From the NCBI RefSeq assembly GCF_009914755.1, contig NC_060930.1: a stretch of 64,000 nucleotides of DNA; one strand, 5' to 3'. This stretch comes from the human T2T-CHM13v2.0 reference genome, Homo sapiens. A program made the translations under genes and the position numbers. Under the pieces are notes generated by a model. That model made no database searches. It worked only from the letters and a program-made list of their open reading frames with translations, and was not told the origin of the DNA. Positions 43,780 through 57,622 of this stretch are shown one piece after another; the first letter of the stretch is position 1, and every line of letters starts with the position of its first letter.

Positions 43780-44930
43780 ACTTTTTTAACGATTTTATGA
43801 TCTATAATTTATGTACAATACAATTCACCAATTTTGACGTTACAATTGCAATAAACTTATCAAGTAGCATTACAACCACCACAGGTGTATTATAGAAAAA
43901 TGCTCCTTTGCAGTCATTTCCTCCCTCTACCTGGACTCTGGTACCACTGCTCTGCTTCTATCATTGTAAGTTTGCTATTTCTAGAATTCGACACAAACAT
44001 AATAAATTATTTACTCTTTCCTGTACGGCTCCTTTCACTTGACATAATACTTTCGAGACTCACCCACGTTGTTGGATGTATTCAACTGGTTTTTTAAAAT
44101 TGCTGAGTAATATTTCATTGTAGGTATCTACCACAGTTTGTTTACGAATTCACCTGTTGATAGGCATTTGGGTGGTTTCCAGTTTTCGACTATCTTGAAC
44201 AAAATACTGGGAACTTTAAAATAGAAGGCTTTGGTGAACATGTTTTCATTTATATTTTTGTGTTCAAAGTACATATACTTTGAACTGACTTTTGAGTACA
44301 GTGTCAAGTCAAGTTTGTGGTTCACACTTTTGCATATGACAAGCCAACTGCTCCAGCACTATATGTTACTGAACTAAACTGGCATGCTTGAAAATCAATT
44401 GACCACATCTATTTGGGTCTATTTCTAGACTCTTCTCTTCAATTGATATATGCTTCTTTCTTTATGCCAATGTCATGCTGTTTTGATTAATGAAGCTTTC
44501 TAGTAAATCTTGGAATCAGATAGTCTAAGTTCTCAATTTTATTCTCATTTTCCAAAATTGCTTTGTCTTTTCTAAATCCATTTAATTTCTATATAAATCT
44601 TATGAATAGTTTGACAATGTACACAACAAAGCTTATTGGGATTTTTATTTGGATTATATTGAATCTATAGATGATTTAGGGAAAATAACATCTTAGCAAT
44701 ATTAAATCTTTCAACCCATGAGCACAGTATTTATTATTCATTATTTATGTCATCTTTACTTTCTCTCAGCAGTGCTTTGTAGTTTCAGTGTACAGAGCTT
44801 ATTCATAGTTTGTTTGATTTATCCCTAAATTCTTTATATTCTTGAAACTATTGTGAATAGCTGTTTTCTATTTCAATTTTGAATTGCTCTTTGCTGACAT
44901 AGAGAAATAAAATTAACCACTTAACTAACA
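43780..44930 (-). mobile_element. L1ME-type 3'UTR and ORF2 fragments, antisense
   Basis: 'attcacctgttgataggcatttgggtggtttccagttt', 'gaaaatcaattgacc', 'ttgaatctatagat'. Confidence 0.8.
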
Positions 44931-45119
44931 ATCCACTCTTAAACAAATTGTTTCAGATTTCTCATTACTTTGAGATACTTCTGTAAAATTAAAATTTAAT
45001 CTATATTTGCAATTTTTATGAGATGTAATTTCAAAATATTCTCTCATAAGCTTTTATGTTTATTTTTGTACCGTTTGTATTGTGATTTTTCACTTTTTCT
45101 CTTTTATAATGCCTCTTAT

Positions 45120-45605
45120 TGAAGATAAAAATCTCAAAATAATTATGCTGAGTGAAATAAGCCAGGTATAAAAGAAGATAAACTATATGCTTTCATTCAT
45201 ATAAAGTTCTACAAAATATGAGCTAATTTATTAGTGGGGAGCAGATCAAGGGTCACCTATAAATAAGGGTAAGGAGCAGAAGGGAGCCTTTACCAAGTGA
45301 CGGGAGAAACATTTAGAGGAGGCAGATAGTGTTTTCTGTCTTGATCATGGTGGAAACTTCATGGATTTATACTTTATAAAGTACAAAAAAGGGCAAGACT
45401 AATCTATCATGTAGAAGTCATGCTAGTAATTATCTCTGGTTGGTAGTACCTAAAAGAGAATGCATGGAGTCTACTGGAAAACTAGTAACATCATATTTTG
45501 TAATCTAGGCTCTAGTTTTATGGGTGTATCTAGCCTACAAAAATGTATACTTACTGAATATGCAGTATTCTGTATCTATGTTATGCTCTATTAAAGGGTT
45601 AAAAT
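45120..45605 (+). mobile_element. L1ME 3'UTR fragments
   Basis: 'attatgctgagtgaaataagccag', 'ggcaagactaatctatcatgtagaagtca'. Confidence 0.7.
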
Positions 45606-45763
45606 ATACAGCTAATTTTTTTTTAAACAATGGGTTTTGGCCCATTTTCCCATTTTGCTAGAAGCAATCATTGCTGTGTCACTATCATTCTTATTTAATT
45701 TTGTAAATTTATGTGTTCCTGCAATATGCAAGATGTACATATTCTGTGTCTGTACATATATAG

Positions 45764-46146
45764 TGTTATGGGATAAATTGTGTTTCCCATCCCAGAATTC
45801 ATACGTTGAAGTCCTGGATCCCCTTATCTCAGAATACAGATATATTCAAAGATAGGGTCTTTTAAAATGTAATTAAAATTAAATTACCTCATTGGTTGGA
45901 GGGGGGGCCAAATCTAATCTGACTGGTGTCCTTATAAGAAGAAGAGATTAACACGGCACACACAGAAGGAAGACATTTTAAGACAGAGGGAGAAAATGGC
46001 CATCTACAGGGCAAAGTGAGAGTGCTTAGAAGAGACGAAATTTACTGACCCCTTATTCTTGGACTTGTAGCTTTCAAAACTGAAAAAAATAAAATTCTGT
46101 TGTTTAAGCCACGTAGTTCATTTTGGTACCCTAGCAATCTAATATA
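45764..46146 (+). mobile_element. MLT1B-like MaLR solo LTR
   Basis: 'tgttatgggataaattgtgtttccc...gactggtgtccttataagaagaagag...ttctgttgtttaagccac...ccctagcaatctaatata'. Confidence 0.9.
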
Positions 46147-46494
46147 TATGCCTTATATAATTTATGCATATAGTAAATAAATTTTTGCCGTATTTATAAC
46201 ATGTCTAATTAAAATGCTGGTAACTAAAAGATTATTCATTTCCCTTAATTTTCATTACACTTTAGAACATTTACAACATTTACATAGAGTATATGGAAAA
46301 AAGAAAATATATTATTTATAATTTTGTCCTTCAATAAAATGTTCTCAATTTTCCTCTATCATTTTTGATTAATTTGAAGTTAAAACATGACATTCTTCGG
46401 TCAAAATAATCTGACATATTTACATTTCACTCTTCTTTAATTAACAGGGCTCAGATTTAGTTTTTAAAAATTAATATTATTTCAGCATACAACT

Positions 46495-47317
46495 TTTTGC
46501 TCTAGTGCCAGTCATGTCTCTGAAAGTAATTATTGCCACTTAGTTTAGCATAGGTCTTAGTGTTACAAAAGAGACACATGTGACCAGTGAATGGTCTACT
46601 GTCATTTATGCAGTATAAAGGGGGCATTACAAAATCTCAGAAGATAATGCGTGTGTGTTTTAGTTTAACAAAAGTGCTTTAAAAGAAATAAATAAAAATA
46701 AAAAAGTTTATAAAATAAGGATATAAAGAAAATATTTTTACAGCTATTCAATGTGTTTATGTTTTAAGCTGTGTTATTACAAAAGAGTCAAAAGTTTAAA
46801 AATATAAAGTTTATAAAATAAAAAAACTATAGTAAACTAAGGTTACTTTATCATTGAAAAAGAATATTTCATGTTTTTGATAAATTTAATGTAACCTAAG
46901 TATACGGTGTTTAAAAGGACACAATAGTGTAAAATAATGTACTAGGCCATCACATTCACTCACCACTCGCTCACTGACTCTCTCAGAGCAACTTCTAGCC
47001 CTGTAGCCTCCAGCCACAGTAAGTTCCTTATTTGGATGTACCATTTCTTATCATATATCCTGTATTAACTTTTTCTATGTTTTGTATACATTTAGACACA
47101 CAAATACTAGTATGTTCCAATTGCCTGTGGTATTCAGTACAGTAAAATGCTGTACAGGTCTGCATCCTAGGAGCAATAGGCTATCCCATATAGCATAGGT
47201 GCGTAATAGGCTCTACCAGCTAAGTATAAGTACCGTCTACGATGTTCACAAACAACAAAATTGGCTAAGGATACATTTCTCAGAAGGTAGCCCTTTCATT
47301 AAGGCATGCATGACTGT
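46495..47317 (+). mobile_element. Tigger3(b)-like DNA transposon, 3' part
   Basis: 'cacattcactcaccactcgctcactgactc', 'cctaggagcaataggctat', end 'catttctcagaagg...gcatgactgta'. Confidence 0.85.
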
Positions 47318-47962
47318 ATATACATATCTAAGGCAATAGAAGCTTTCACTATGTGTTTCTCACTTCTTTTTGACCCTCAATATAGCAATTTCAGCTTCCA
47401 TATTTCTAATAAAAGTATTTTAAACCAATCTAGGCATTTTCTTTCATGTGCCTCAAAATTCTTCCAGCTTCTTCCCATTATCAAAATTTGAGCCAATTCC
47501 ACATTAAACAATTAATAGTATTTATTTTTTAAAAGTTTTAGAATTACAGAAAAATTAAACCAATGGTAAAGAGAATTTCTACCCCCTCCGACCTTCCAAA
47601 AACCAGTTTCTCCTTAAATAACAGATTGTGCTAGGGTTTTAAAATTAATGAACAGATATTGACACATTTTATACATTATTATTTATTAAAGTCTATAATT
47701 TTACATTAGGGTTAAATCTTTGTGTTGCACAATTCTATGGGGTTTAACAGATACCTAATTTCATGTATCCACGATTATAGTATTCCTGCAAAATAGTTTC
47801 ATTGCCCTAAAAATCCCTCATGCTACCTATTCCTCCATCTTCCCTCCCCTCTGTGAGCCACCGGCAACCAGTCATATTTTTCTTTTCGTATAGTCAGAGT
47901 CATATAGAATGTACCATTTTAAGAGTGGCTTCTTTCACTTACCAATATGTACTTAAGATTCA

Positions 47963-48260
<298 letters not shown>

Positions 48261-48357
48261 GATTCTACCTCCAGTATGTTCAACAAATTACAGTGTAAAA
48301 ACTTAACGTACAGGATTAGTAATATGTTAATATTTAATATTTAATAAGATCAAACTC

Positions 48358-48593
48358 TTCACGACCAGCCTGGGCAACATGGTGAAACCCCATCTCTACT
48401 AAAATACAAAAAATTAGCCGAGCATGGTGGCAGGCACCTGTAATCCCAGCTACTTGGGAGGCTGAGGCAGGAGAATTGCTTGAACCCAGGAGGCAGAGCT
48501 TGCAGTGAGCCGAGAGCGTCACTGCACTCCAGCCTGGGTGACTGAGCAAGACTTCGTCTCAAAAAAACAAAACAAAACAAAAAAACAAAGAAC
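48358..48593 (+). mobile_element. 5'-truncated AluS
   Basis: Begins within the B-box region ('ttcacgaccagcctgg'); (AAAAC)n tail. Confidence 0.93.
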
Positions 48594-49267
48594 AGATTCA
48601 TTCATTCATTTCACTAGTCAGTAATATTTTATTGTATGGACATACCACGGCTTCTTTATCCATTCTCCAATAAAAGAACATCTTAATTGTTTACAAACTT
48701 TTTTCTGATTTTGAATAAAGTAGCTATCAATATTCATGTGCAGATTTTTGTGTGGACATGTTTTCACATCATTTGGGGAAGTACTTAGGAGCAGGACTGC
48801 TGGATAAAATGGTAAGGCTATTTTATCTTTGAAAGAAAGTGTCAAACGCTTTTCAAAGTACCTGTAACGTTTTGCATTCCCACTAGCAATTAATGAGAGT
48901 ACTTGTTGCTTTATATCCTGTATAGAATTTGATATTGTCAGGTTTTTGTATTTTACCCATCCTGATAGGTGTGCAGTGATATTTTCTTATTATAATGTGC
49001 AACTTCCAAATGAGGTTGAACATCTTTTCATATGGTTATTTTCCATCATATATCTTCTTTGATGAGGTATCTCTTCAGATTTCTTGCCCATTTTAATTGG
49101 GTGGTTTGCTTTCTTATTGTTGAATTTTAAGAATTCTTTTACATCTGGATACAAGTCCTTTATAAGATATGTGTTTTGCAAATATTTTCTCTTAGTCTGT
49201 GGCTTGTCTTTCTCAATCTCTTGACAATGTCTTTTGCAGAGTAGAATTATTTTTTTAATTTCAGTAA

Positions 49268-50239
49268 AGTTAGTTTCCTATCACATATATGACAAACTTA
49301 ATGACTTACAGCAACATAAATTTATTTTCTCGCAATTATGCAGGTCAAAAGTTTGAAATCAGTATCACTGGGCTGAAATCAAAGGGATAGTAGGAATGCT
49401 CTCCTGCCAGAGGTGTTAGGAAAGAATCAATTATTTGCCTTTTAAAACCTTTGGTGGCTGTCTTCATTCTTTTCTTTGTGATCATTGCAATCTCCTCATT
49501 GGCTACATTGCCTGCTATGATTACATATTTTATATATCAACTTGTTTAGACCGTGGTACCCATATGTTTTATCAAACACTTCTAGAATTTGCCATAAAAG
49601 TATTTTTTAGATGATAATAACATTTAAATCGGTAGACTCTGAGAAAAGCAGATTATCCTTCATAATGTGGGTAGGCATCATCCAGTCATTTGGAGGCTTC
49701 ATAAAAAGTCTGGCCTCTCCCAAAGAAGAGGGAATTCTGCCAGCAACGTGCCTTTGAACTCAAGCTGCAACATCAACTCTCCCTTCCTGGGTCTCCAGTC
49801 TGCCAATTTACCCTGCAGATTTTGGACATGTTAGCTTCCAGAACAGCATGAAACAACTCCTTAAGATCAATCCATCGCTCTCTCTCCTCTCTCTCTCCTC
49901 AGAGAAAGATAGATGATAGATAGATGACAGATAGATAGATAGATAGATAGACAGATAGATAGATACTAGATAGACAGATAGATAGATAGATAACATATGG
50001 ATAGATAGATAGATTCTCTGGAAGCACTAATGCATCTTCTCTTCTGTCTCCATCTGACCCTCTCTTACAAGGATAAATGTGATTGCATTAAGAGCCTATC
50101 CAGACATTTAGGATAATCTCCTCATCTCAGGCTCCTTAACTTAATCATATCTACAATATCCTTTTTCTAAAGTAACATTCACAGGTTCCAGGGGTCAGCA
50201 CGTGGATATCTTTTTTGAGTCTTTATTAAGCATACCACA
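49268..50239 (-). mobile_element. MLT1C/D-like MaLR LTR split by an MLT2 LTR
   Basis: 'acagcaacataaatttattttctc...ctgggctgaaatcaa' and 'ggataatctcctcatctcaggctccttaacttaatc...aacattcacaggttccagggg...taccaca'. Confidence 0.85.
49513..50033 (+). mobile_element. MLT2C/D-like ERVL LTR with internal (GATA)n at ~49905-50013
   Basis: 'tcggtagactctgagaaaagcagattatccttcataatgtgggtaggc', 'gaagagggaattctgccagca'. Confidence 0.85.
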
Positions 50240-53200
50240 GGTAGACTTGAGAAGTCTTTCTGTTAAAAACGGTAATTATATCTATGTCAAATGTAGGTGG
50301 GGAATGAAAACTGCCACATTTGTTCTGGATAAGACACATTTAAATTATAACAGAAGACCTAAGCATCTGTTTTCTGAATCTTTTAGTTCTGCTGATATGT
50401 ATGCAAACTCATAATGATTTAAAATATTTTAATTACTTTTAAAGATATTCAATAAAATGTGGCTATGGAAGATAGAAAGATACATGATATGGTTTTAAAT
50501 ATACTTTAAAGTATGTTCACTTTAAAGTTTTAAAGTATATTTACAGCATTAGGTATGTTTATAATATTATCAGTAATAAATAATTTTTCTTGTTACATCT
50601 CTTATATTCTATGAATATTTTAAAATATTTAAATTTTAATTAGGTAGACATGAACAGTTAAATCAATTATACTATATAATAAAATTATTTTATGAAATGC
50701 ATAAAGAGCATATATGGTTTTTTTATAGGAACAAATTTTGAGTAATAAAGGAATTCAAAGACATCATAAACAAAACAGTAGTAACTGTAGAAGTGGGTTA
50801 GTCAATGACAATGAATTGGACTAATCTGAGAGCAAGATCTGAGGGGAAAAAAGATTAGGTAGTAGAAAAAACAAATAAAATAGCAAAATTATAGATAAGT
50901 CTCCACCTTCATTCTTCACTTATTTTCTTGAGAAATATCCCCTCCCCATTTGGGTCTCAAACTATTTTTAAGTGAAAAGACAAAAATTTAAATGAAAGGA
51001 CAGAAATTAAGACTGCCTGTTTCAGTCCTATTCATTTTATAAAACTGTCACTTCTGTTAAACAGGTGTTTGAATAAAAGTAACTATTTTGCATTTTGAGC
51101 GTGCATAATGTGCTTCCATTATCATTTCTTCTAAAGACTCAGATTTAATATTTTAATAATGTTACATCCTCTGGGTTCAGAACTCTATTAAATATTCTAT
51201 TTAATAATTAAGTTCAGGTGCTGTTTAATGCACTTACCTTCTTTTCATGTGGCCAAGTTACAACATCCTGTATTTAAAATCCTAATCATTTGTCAAATAC
51301 TAGAAACTCACTAAAAATGTGTTTATTAGATATACATCAATTATTTTGTGGCTCCTTCTTTCCTAGGAAATGTACTTCATTATGTTTTTGGTTTTTGTTT
51401 CTCTGGTTTGGTTTTTATTTTTCAAAAGCCTGAGAATTGATCAATAATGTAATATTTGGCATATATAAAAATATTTATTTAAGCTTGTTGTTGTGGGATC
51501 CTAGGGCAGTAACCTATAACTGGGAATGAATTTTAAAAAGCAGAGGCTTTTGGTAGGCATGAAGTCACCTTCATGTGCTTTTGGCAGTTCTAGGCATAAT
51601 ATTGAAAAATGGGTCTTAAATACATTGTAATATTATTTATAAATTGTATTGAATAAAAGCAAATAGTAGTATGTGCTATATACTGTTATTTAAATATCCT
51701 AAGAAGGCAAAGCAATAGAGGATTTCATGTAGATATAATTAATAACACTATTGTAACAAAAAGTCAATTTACTTCTTCAACTGCAGCATATTTCTGTTAA
51801 GCCTTAGTCAGTCTCATAAAAGATTATAGAGAAGATGAGACAACAGTGATAAGCTTATTCATTACCTCCGAAAAGCTGATCTAAGTAAAACAGATATCTA
51901 GATCAAATAATACAATGGATTCTCCATGTTATTCTCCCAGGATTTGTGAGAAAAATTACTAAATGTTTTTGTATTAACATTTAAAAATATTATTATTAAT
52001 ATGTAAAATAAAATTTTTATTTCAATTAGGTTTCAGATTTTAAAAGCAATATTCAGAGCTCAGTTTGAATTGGTATTGGGCAGACAGCCTGATGCCAGTT
52101 TTCCCAAATTCTAACCAAACTGCTTATGTAAACATACAGAGGGCTCTCACATCTCTACCCTAAACTGCCAGAGCCCATTGACAGTATGAAGTAGGATCTT
52201 CCTAGCAGCTTTAAATCCCAACAGGCTGTGACCTCTTCACATTTTTCATATGACCCAAAGCAGATCTGTCATCCAGCAAGAAGGCTTTGGCTAACAGACC
52301 TTCAGTCTTTAGCAGCCATACCCTGGGCTTTCATCCCTGCTTTTCTCCTACACACACATAGTGAAAGGTGAGTGTTCATCTACTCTCACCCACACCTCCA
52401 TTCAGAGAAAGAAACTTTCAGAAATAACTGGATGTGAAGGAAAAAACGGAAAGAATGTTAAGATGTCTAATAGTGATTCAGGGTTCCACATGCCCTTAAT
52501 TTAGAAAGTTAAGTTACTTAGAATGCTAAAAAGAAAACTGAACAAAGGACAATACAGATGTGTGGAATGAATGCTGTTACTAGATCTAAAAGGGGCTGAG
52601 GCCTATTCACATTAACATGCTGAGGTTTTTGTTTTTTTTTTCTTTGCCGATTAAGGAAGGGGGTATATCAGCCAAAATAAGGACAATAAGTAGTCAGTCA
52701 ATATTTAGAAATTTGAAGCTCATAACATTTTTTCTTTATCAAAGATGAGTAAATAGAAAAAGAAAACCCACCTCAAACAGAGCACACTAACGTTAATCTT
52801 AGAGAATTAATATTGTCTTACTATAAATTTAAAAAACTGGAACAACAACAACAAAAACCACAGACCATGAAAAGTGACATAGATGAGACAAGCAGGTATC
52901 CAAGTAAAATATGTGCCATAATTAAAATCAGCCTTATAGGCAATGAAAGTGAAAATTGGCAGAGTGGTATATTAAATTATTAGATGATCAAACCTAATGT
53001 TTCTAAATAAAGAAGGAAAGGATGTTAGGATGAAGACTATGAAAGCAAAAATAACAGATAGCAAGGAGGGAGAACTAATACTTAAAGAACATATCATGAT
53101 TTTACTGGAAGAAAAATAAAACCATGGATGGTGGACATTGGAGGACATAAAATATTCTAAGCTTTAGAAGAGAATTCTATAATTAGATTTCTTTAAAGTA

Positions 53201-53329
53201 CTACAGTTTAGACAAGTCTAATTAATGATACAAAATGAGCTAAACTACTGTATTTTTACATTCATTCTTGTGTTTTTGCAGATTACAAACCTTCCATAGA
53301 CTGTCTTCATCAATGACTGAATATAAAAG

Positions 53330-53645
53330 GGAAAGGAGAGTGAAGCATACCTATTATTTGGAAAACACAGAAAGCCTTTGTTTGCCTCATGTTCCTTGCT
53401 TAGTTAAGGAATCCGCAATGCATTTTCTAAAAGTTATTTAGAGTGCTCAGCAGTCTAGGATGTTCCCACCCAACCAGCTCTTGTCTTTCTTTCACTAGGG
53501 ATTGAGCTTGCTTAGTGGCCTGAGTGCAATCCCAGCCTACACTAGCTCCATCCCATCTCCTTTTACACAGGCATCTCTCCTAATAAAATCCTGGCATGTT
53601 TAATCTGCTCTTGATGTCTGCTTCTCAGAGGACCAGAAGTAAAAG
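53330..53645 (+). mobile_element. Ancient ERVL-type LTR 3' part (subfamily uncertain)
   Basis: 'ctcctaataaaatcctggcatgtttaatctgctcttgatgtctgcttctcagaggacc'. Confidence 0.6.
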
Positions 53646-54322
53646 AGATAAGTAAAATACCACCTTTTAAATAAGAAAAAATATGTTTAAAATAGTAGAG
53701 AAAATTATTCAAGCTTAAGCAATTATTCAAGTTGAGCATTACACTGATGAGATAAATTCATTTTAACTAATTGAGTTTTCATGATAATAACAGTAATGCA
53801 TATTTATTTTCAAGAACTCAGGAAACAAAGAAAATGAGGCAAAAACATCAACAACCACCACAAAAAAAAACCCACAAGAGATTCATTAATTTGTTGGTGT
53901 ATTTAATTAGTCTTTTTAAATGTGTATTTCTTCTTAAATTTAAGTTTATAATAAAAAAATACATTTTCCTGAAAATATATTTTAGGACTAAGCAACAGGG
54001 AAAGTATGTAAGAATTAAAAAAATAATGACCAAGAGGCGAGAGTTTTTATAATTATTGTTAATTTTAAAAATATCTTTTAGAAGGTTTAATAATCATTTT
54101 ATTCTTGATGGTTTTTTCCCCAGCTTTATTGAGGTATAACTGACAAATACTAATTGTGTATGTTCAAAGTGTATCACATGATGTTTTCGATATAAGTACA
54201 CATTGTGAAAAGATTACAATAGTCATACTAATTAATGTGTCCATTGTCTCACATGTTACCATTTTGTGTGTATGTGACTGATGGGAATACACAAGATCCA
54301 TTTTCTTAACAAATCTCAAGTA

Positions 54323-55102
54323 CCATAGGTCCTCATATAACACTGTTTTCTCCAACTTGTCTTGTTATAATGTTTATGTGAAAGGAAAAATCAGTTCTCA
54401 CCAGGGCCACTGTGTGTGTGGAGTCTGCCTGTATGCCCTATGTCTACATGGATTTTCTCCTGGTACTCTGGTTTCCTCTCACATCACAAAGACATACATA
54501 ATAGGTCAACTGATGCGTCTATATTGTCCCAGTCTGAGTGAGTGTGAGTGTGTGTGAGTATACTCTGATAGAATGGTGTCCTGTCCAGGGTTGGCTCCCG
54601 CATTGCACCTTGGGAGTGCCAGGATAGACTCTGGCCACCTGTGACTATATGATAATCATACAAATGAATGGCAATAAACAATGTAGTACCAAGGCACTCA
54701 GCAAGTTCAGCATATTTGTTATTGTTTGTGTCTGAGCTGCATTGTGATAGGAGATATCCTTACAATTTTTGCTTTGCAAACATTTGTTTCTTGATTTAAC
54801 CCACTACCATTATGAAACCACTACCAATTCACTAAAAATTGGGTAAAGAATTATCTTACTTGCTTTTATTAATCTTTCCTAAATGTATGTATAACTCACT
54901 TTTATTCCAATGTTTAACACTAGAAGTGTTTTGTGTCTTTATTTAGAAGTTAGTGAGGTTTTTATGGCCAGAAATATGTCATAGGAATTTAACCCTTGCT
55001 TATATCAATTAACCTATAGTAATATTGGTCTTGGTATATGTCATTTTGCTTAAAATCACAGTTTCCAAGAAACTGTCAATGATAGTAAGAGAGGACTTAC
55101 TG
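54323..55102 (+). mobile_element. MER6 (Tigger-family) DNA transposon
   Basis: TA flanks on both sides; TIR-like 'taggtcctc' and 'gaggacttactg'; internal 'gggccactgtgtgtgtggagt...ggtactctggtttcctctcacatc'. Confidence 0.88.
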
Positions 55103-57622
55103 TATACAACAAAGTTCTATTAACTACAGTCACCGTGCCATTCATTAGATCTCTAGAACTTATTCATCTTGCATAACTGAAACTTTCTACCCTTTGAACA
55201 TCTTCCCATTTTTCCAAACCTTCATCCCCTGGAAACAACTGTTTTGCTCTCTGTGTTTGATTTTTTTTTTTTTTTTTTTTTTTTTTAGATTACACATGAA
55301 AGTGAGATCTTACAGTATATCTCTTTATGTGCTTGGCTAATTTCATTTAGCATGATGTCCTCCAGGTTCATCCACATTGTTACAAATGATCAGATTTCCT
55401 TCTTTTTTAAGGTTGAATAATATTCATACATATATTATAACTCACATTTTCTTTATCCATATATCAATTAGTGGAAATATGTTGATTCTGTATGTTGGCT
55501 TTTGTGAATAACACTAAGAGTATATATATGTATTTTAGGTATTGATTTCATTACTTTTGAATATATACCCAGGAGTGGTTTTACAGGATCATATGTTAGT
55601 TCTATTTTTAACTTTTTAAGGAACCTTTCTCTCTCTCTCTCTCTCTCTGTCTTTCTAAATAGATAAATGGACAGGTAGATAGACAGATGGGATTTTAATA
55701 GGAAATACACTGAATGTGTAGATTGCCTTGGGTGGTAAGGACATTTTAACAAAATTAATTCTCCCAATCTGCGAACATGAGTTGTGTTTCCATTTATTTG
55801 TGTCATATTCAATATATTTTTATCAATGTTTAATAGTTTTCAGTATACAGATCTTTCACCTCTTTGGTTAAACTTAATCCTAAGTATTTCATTTTTGTGA
55901 ATGCTATTTTAAATGGAATTGTGTTCTTGATTTCTTTTTCAAATAGTTTGTTGTTAGTGTTCAGAAATGCAACCGATTTTTTATGTTGATTTTGTATCCT
56001 GCAACTTTGTATCCTTCAACTTTTTATGTTGATTTTGTATTCTTTCAACTTTACTGTATCCTGCAACTTAACTGCAAACTTTACTTTTTTGTTAAACCTA
56101 TAAGCTTTTTTAGTGTAGTCTTTAGATCATTCTATATAGAAAATCATGTCATCTGCAAACAGAGACAATTTCACTTATTCCTTTCCAATTTCGATGCTTT
56201 TTATTTCTTTTTCTTGCTTAATTGCCCTGGCTGGAAATCCCTTGTATTGATACACCAAGAGAGTGGGTATTAAGACTTGTTTTCGATATCTTACAGAAAA
56301 AGCTATGAGCTTTAAATATTAAATATAATGTTCACTGTGGTTTTTCATATATAGCCTTTATTATGTCGTGGTATATTCCTTTACTGCTTAATTTGTTGAG
56401 AATTTTTATTGTGAAGGATGTTGAATTTTGTTAAATGCTTTGTTTGCAGAAATTGAGATAATTTTATAAGATTTATCTTTCTGTTACTGTGGAGTATTAC
56501 ATTTATTAATTTACATATGTTGAATCAATCTTATATTTCAGGAATAAATTCCACTTGATCATAGTGTATGATTATTTTAATGTACACTTAAATACAGTTT
56601 GCTAGTATTCTGTTGCAGAATTTTGCATCTGTATTCATCAGAGATATTGGCCTGTAACTTTCTTTCTTATAGTGTTCTTGTCTGTCTTTGGTATTAGATT
56701 AATGATGGCCTAATAAAATGGATTTGAAAGTATTTCTTCCTTTTTTTCATTTGTTGGAAGACTTTGAGAAGACTGGCATTAATTCTTTAAATGTTTGGTA
56801 GAATCCACCAGCGAAGCAATCAGGCCTTGGGCTTTTCTTTGTTGGGAAGTTTCTAAACTTTAAAGTTTCTTCTAAACATTATTAATACTAATTTTGTAGC
56901 CAATATATTATCTCTCTTGGAAAATGTTCTGTGTGCACTTGAAAAAAATTTGTATTTTGTTGCTGTTGGATGAAATATTGTGTATATGGATAGTAGGCCC
57001 ATTTGATCTGTAGTGTTGTTCCAGTCTGCTGTTGTTCAGGTCAATAAGGATATTGATTTTCTGCCTGGATGAGCTATCCAACTTTGTAAGTGGGATAATG
57101 AAGCTCCTACTCTTATTTTATTGCTATTTCTTCCTTCAATTCTGTTAATGTTTGCTTTATCTATTTAGATTCTCCAATGTTGGGTGCATATATCTTTACA
57201 ATTGCTATATCCTCTTGTTAGTTTGACCCCTTCAACACCACACAATGACTTGTTTTGTCTCTCGTGACAACTTTTCACTTAAAATTTATTTGGCTAATTT
57301 AAATACAGTCACCTCTGCTCACTTTTGGGTGCCACTTTATAGATTCTCTTTTTCCATCCCTTCACTTTCAGCCTATGTGTGTCCTTAAAGCTATAGCCCT
57401 CTCTTAAGAGCAGCATCTATTTAGATCTTGTTTTTTTTTTTTCAATCCATTAACTACCATGTCTTTTCACTGGAAAATTTTATCCATTTACATAAGGCAA
57501 TTATTGATAGATAGGGACTTAACTATTACCATTTGGTTATATTTTTCCTGAGTGTTTTGCATTTCCTTTTTTCCTCTCTTGCTGTCTTCTCTTGTGATTT
57601 GATTATTTTTGATAGTAGTATG

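Noticed and set aside
50501-50538. 14-bp palindrome ATACTTTAAAGTAT with partial re-copies
   Set aside because: Short and very AT-rich; ordinary slippage
52060-53200. Possible HAL1/L1 ORF1-like relic
   Set aside because: Purine-rich and suggestive, but too degenerate to call without an HMM search
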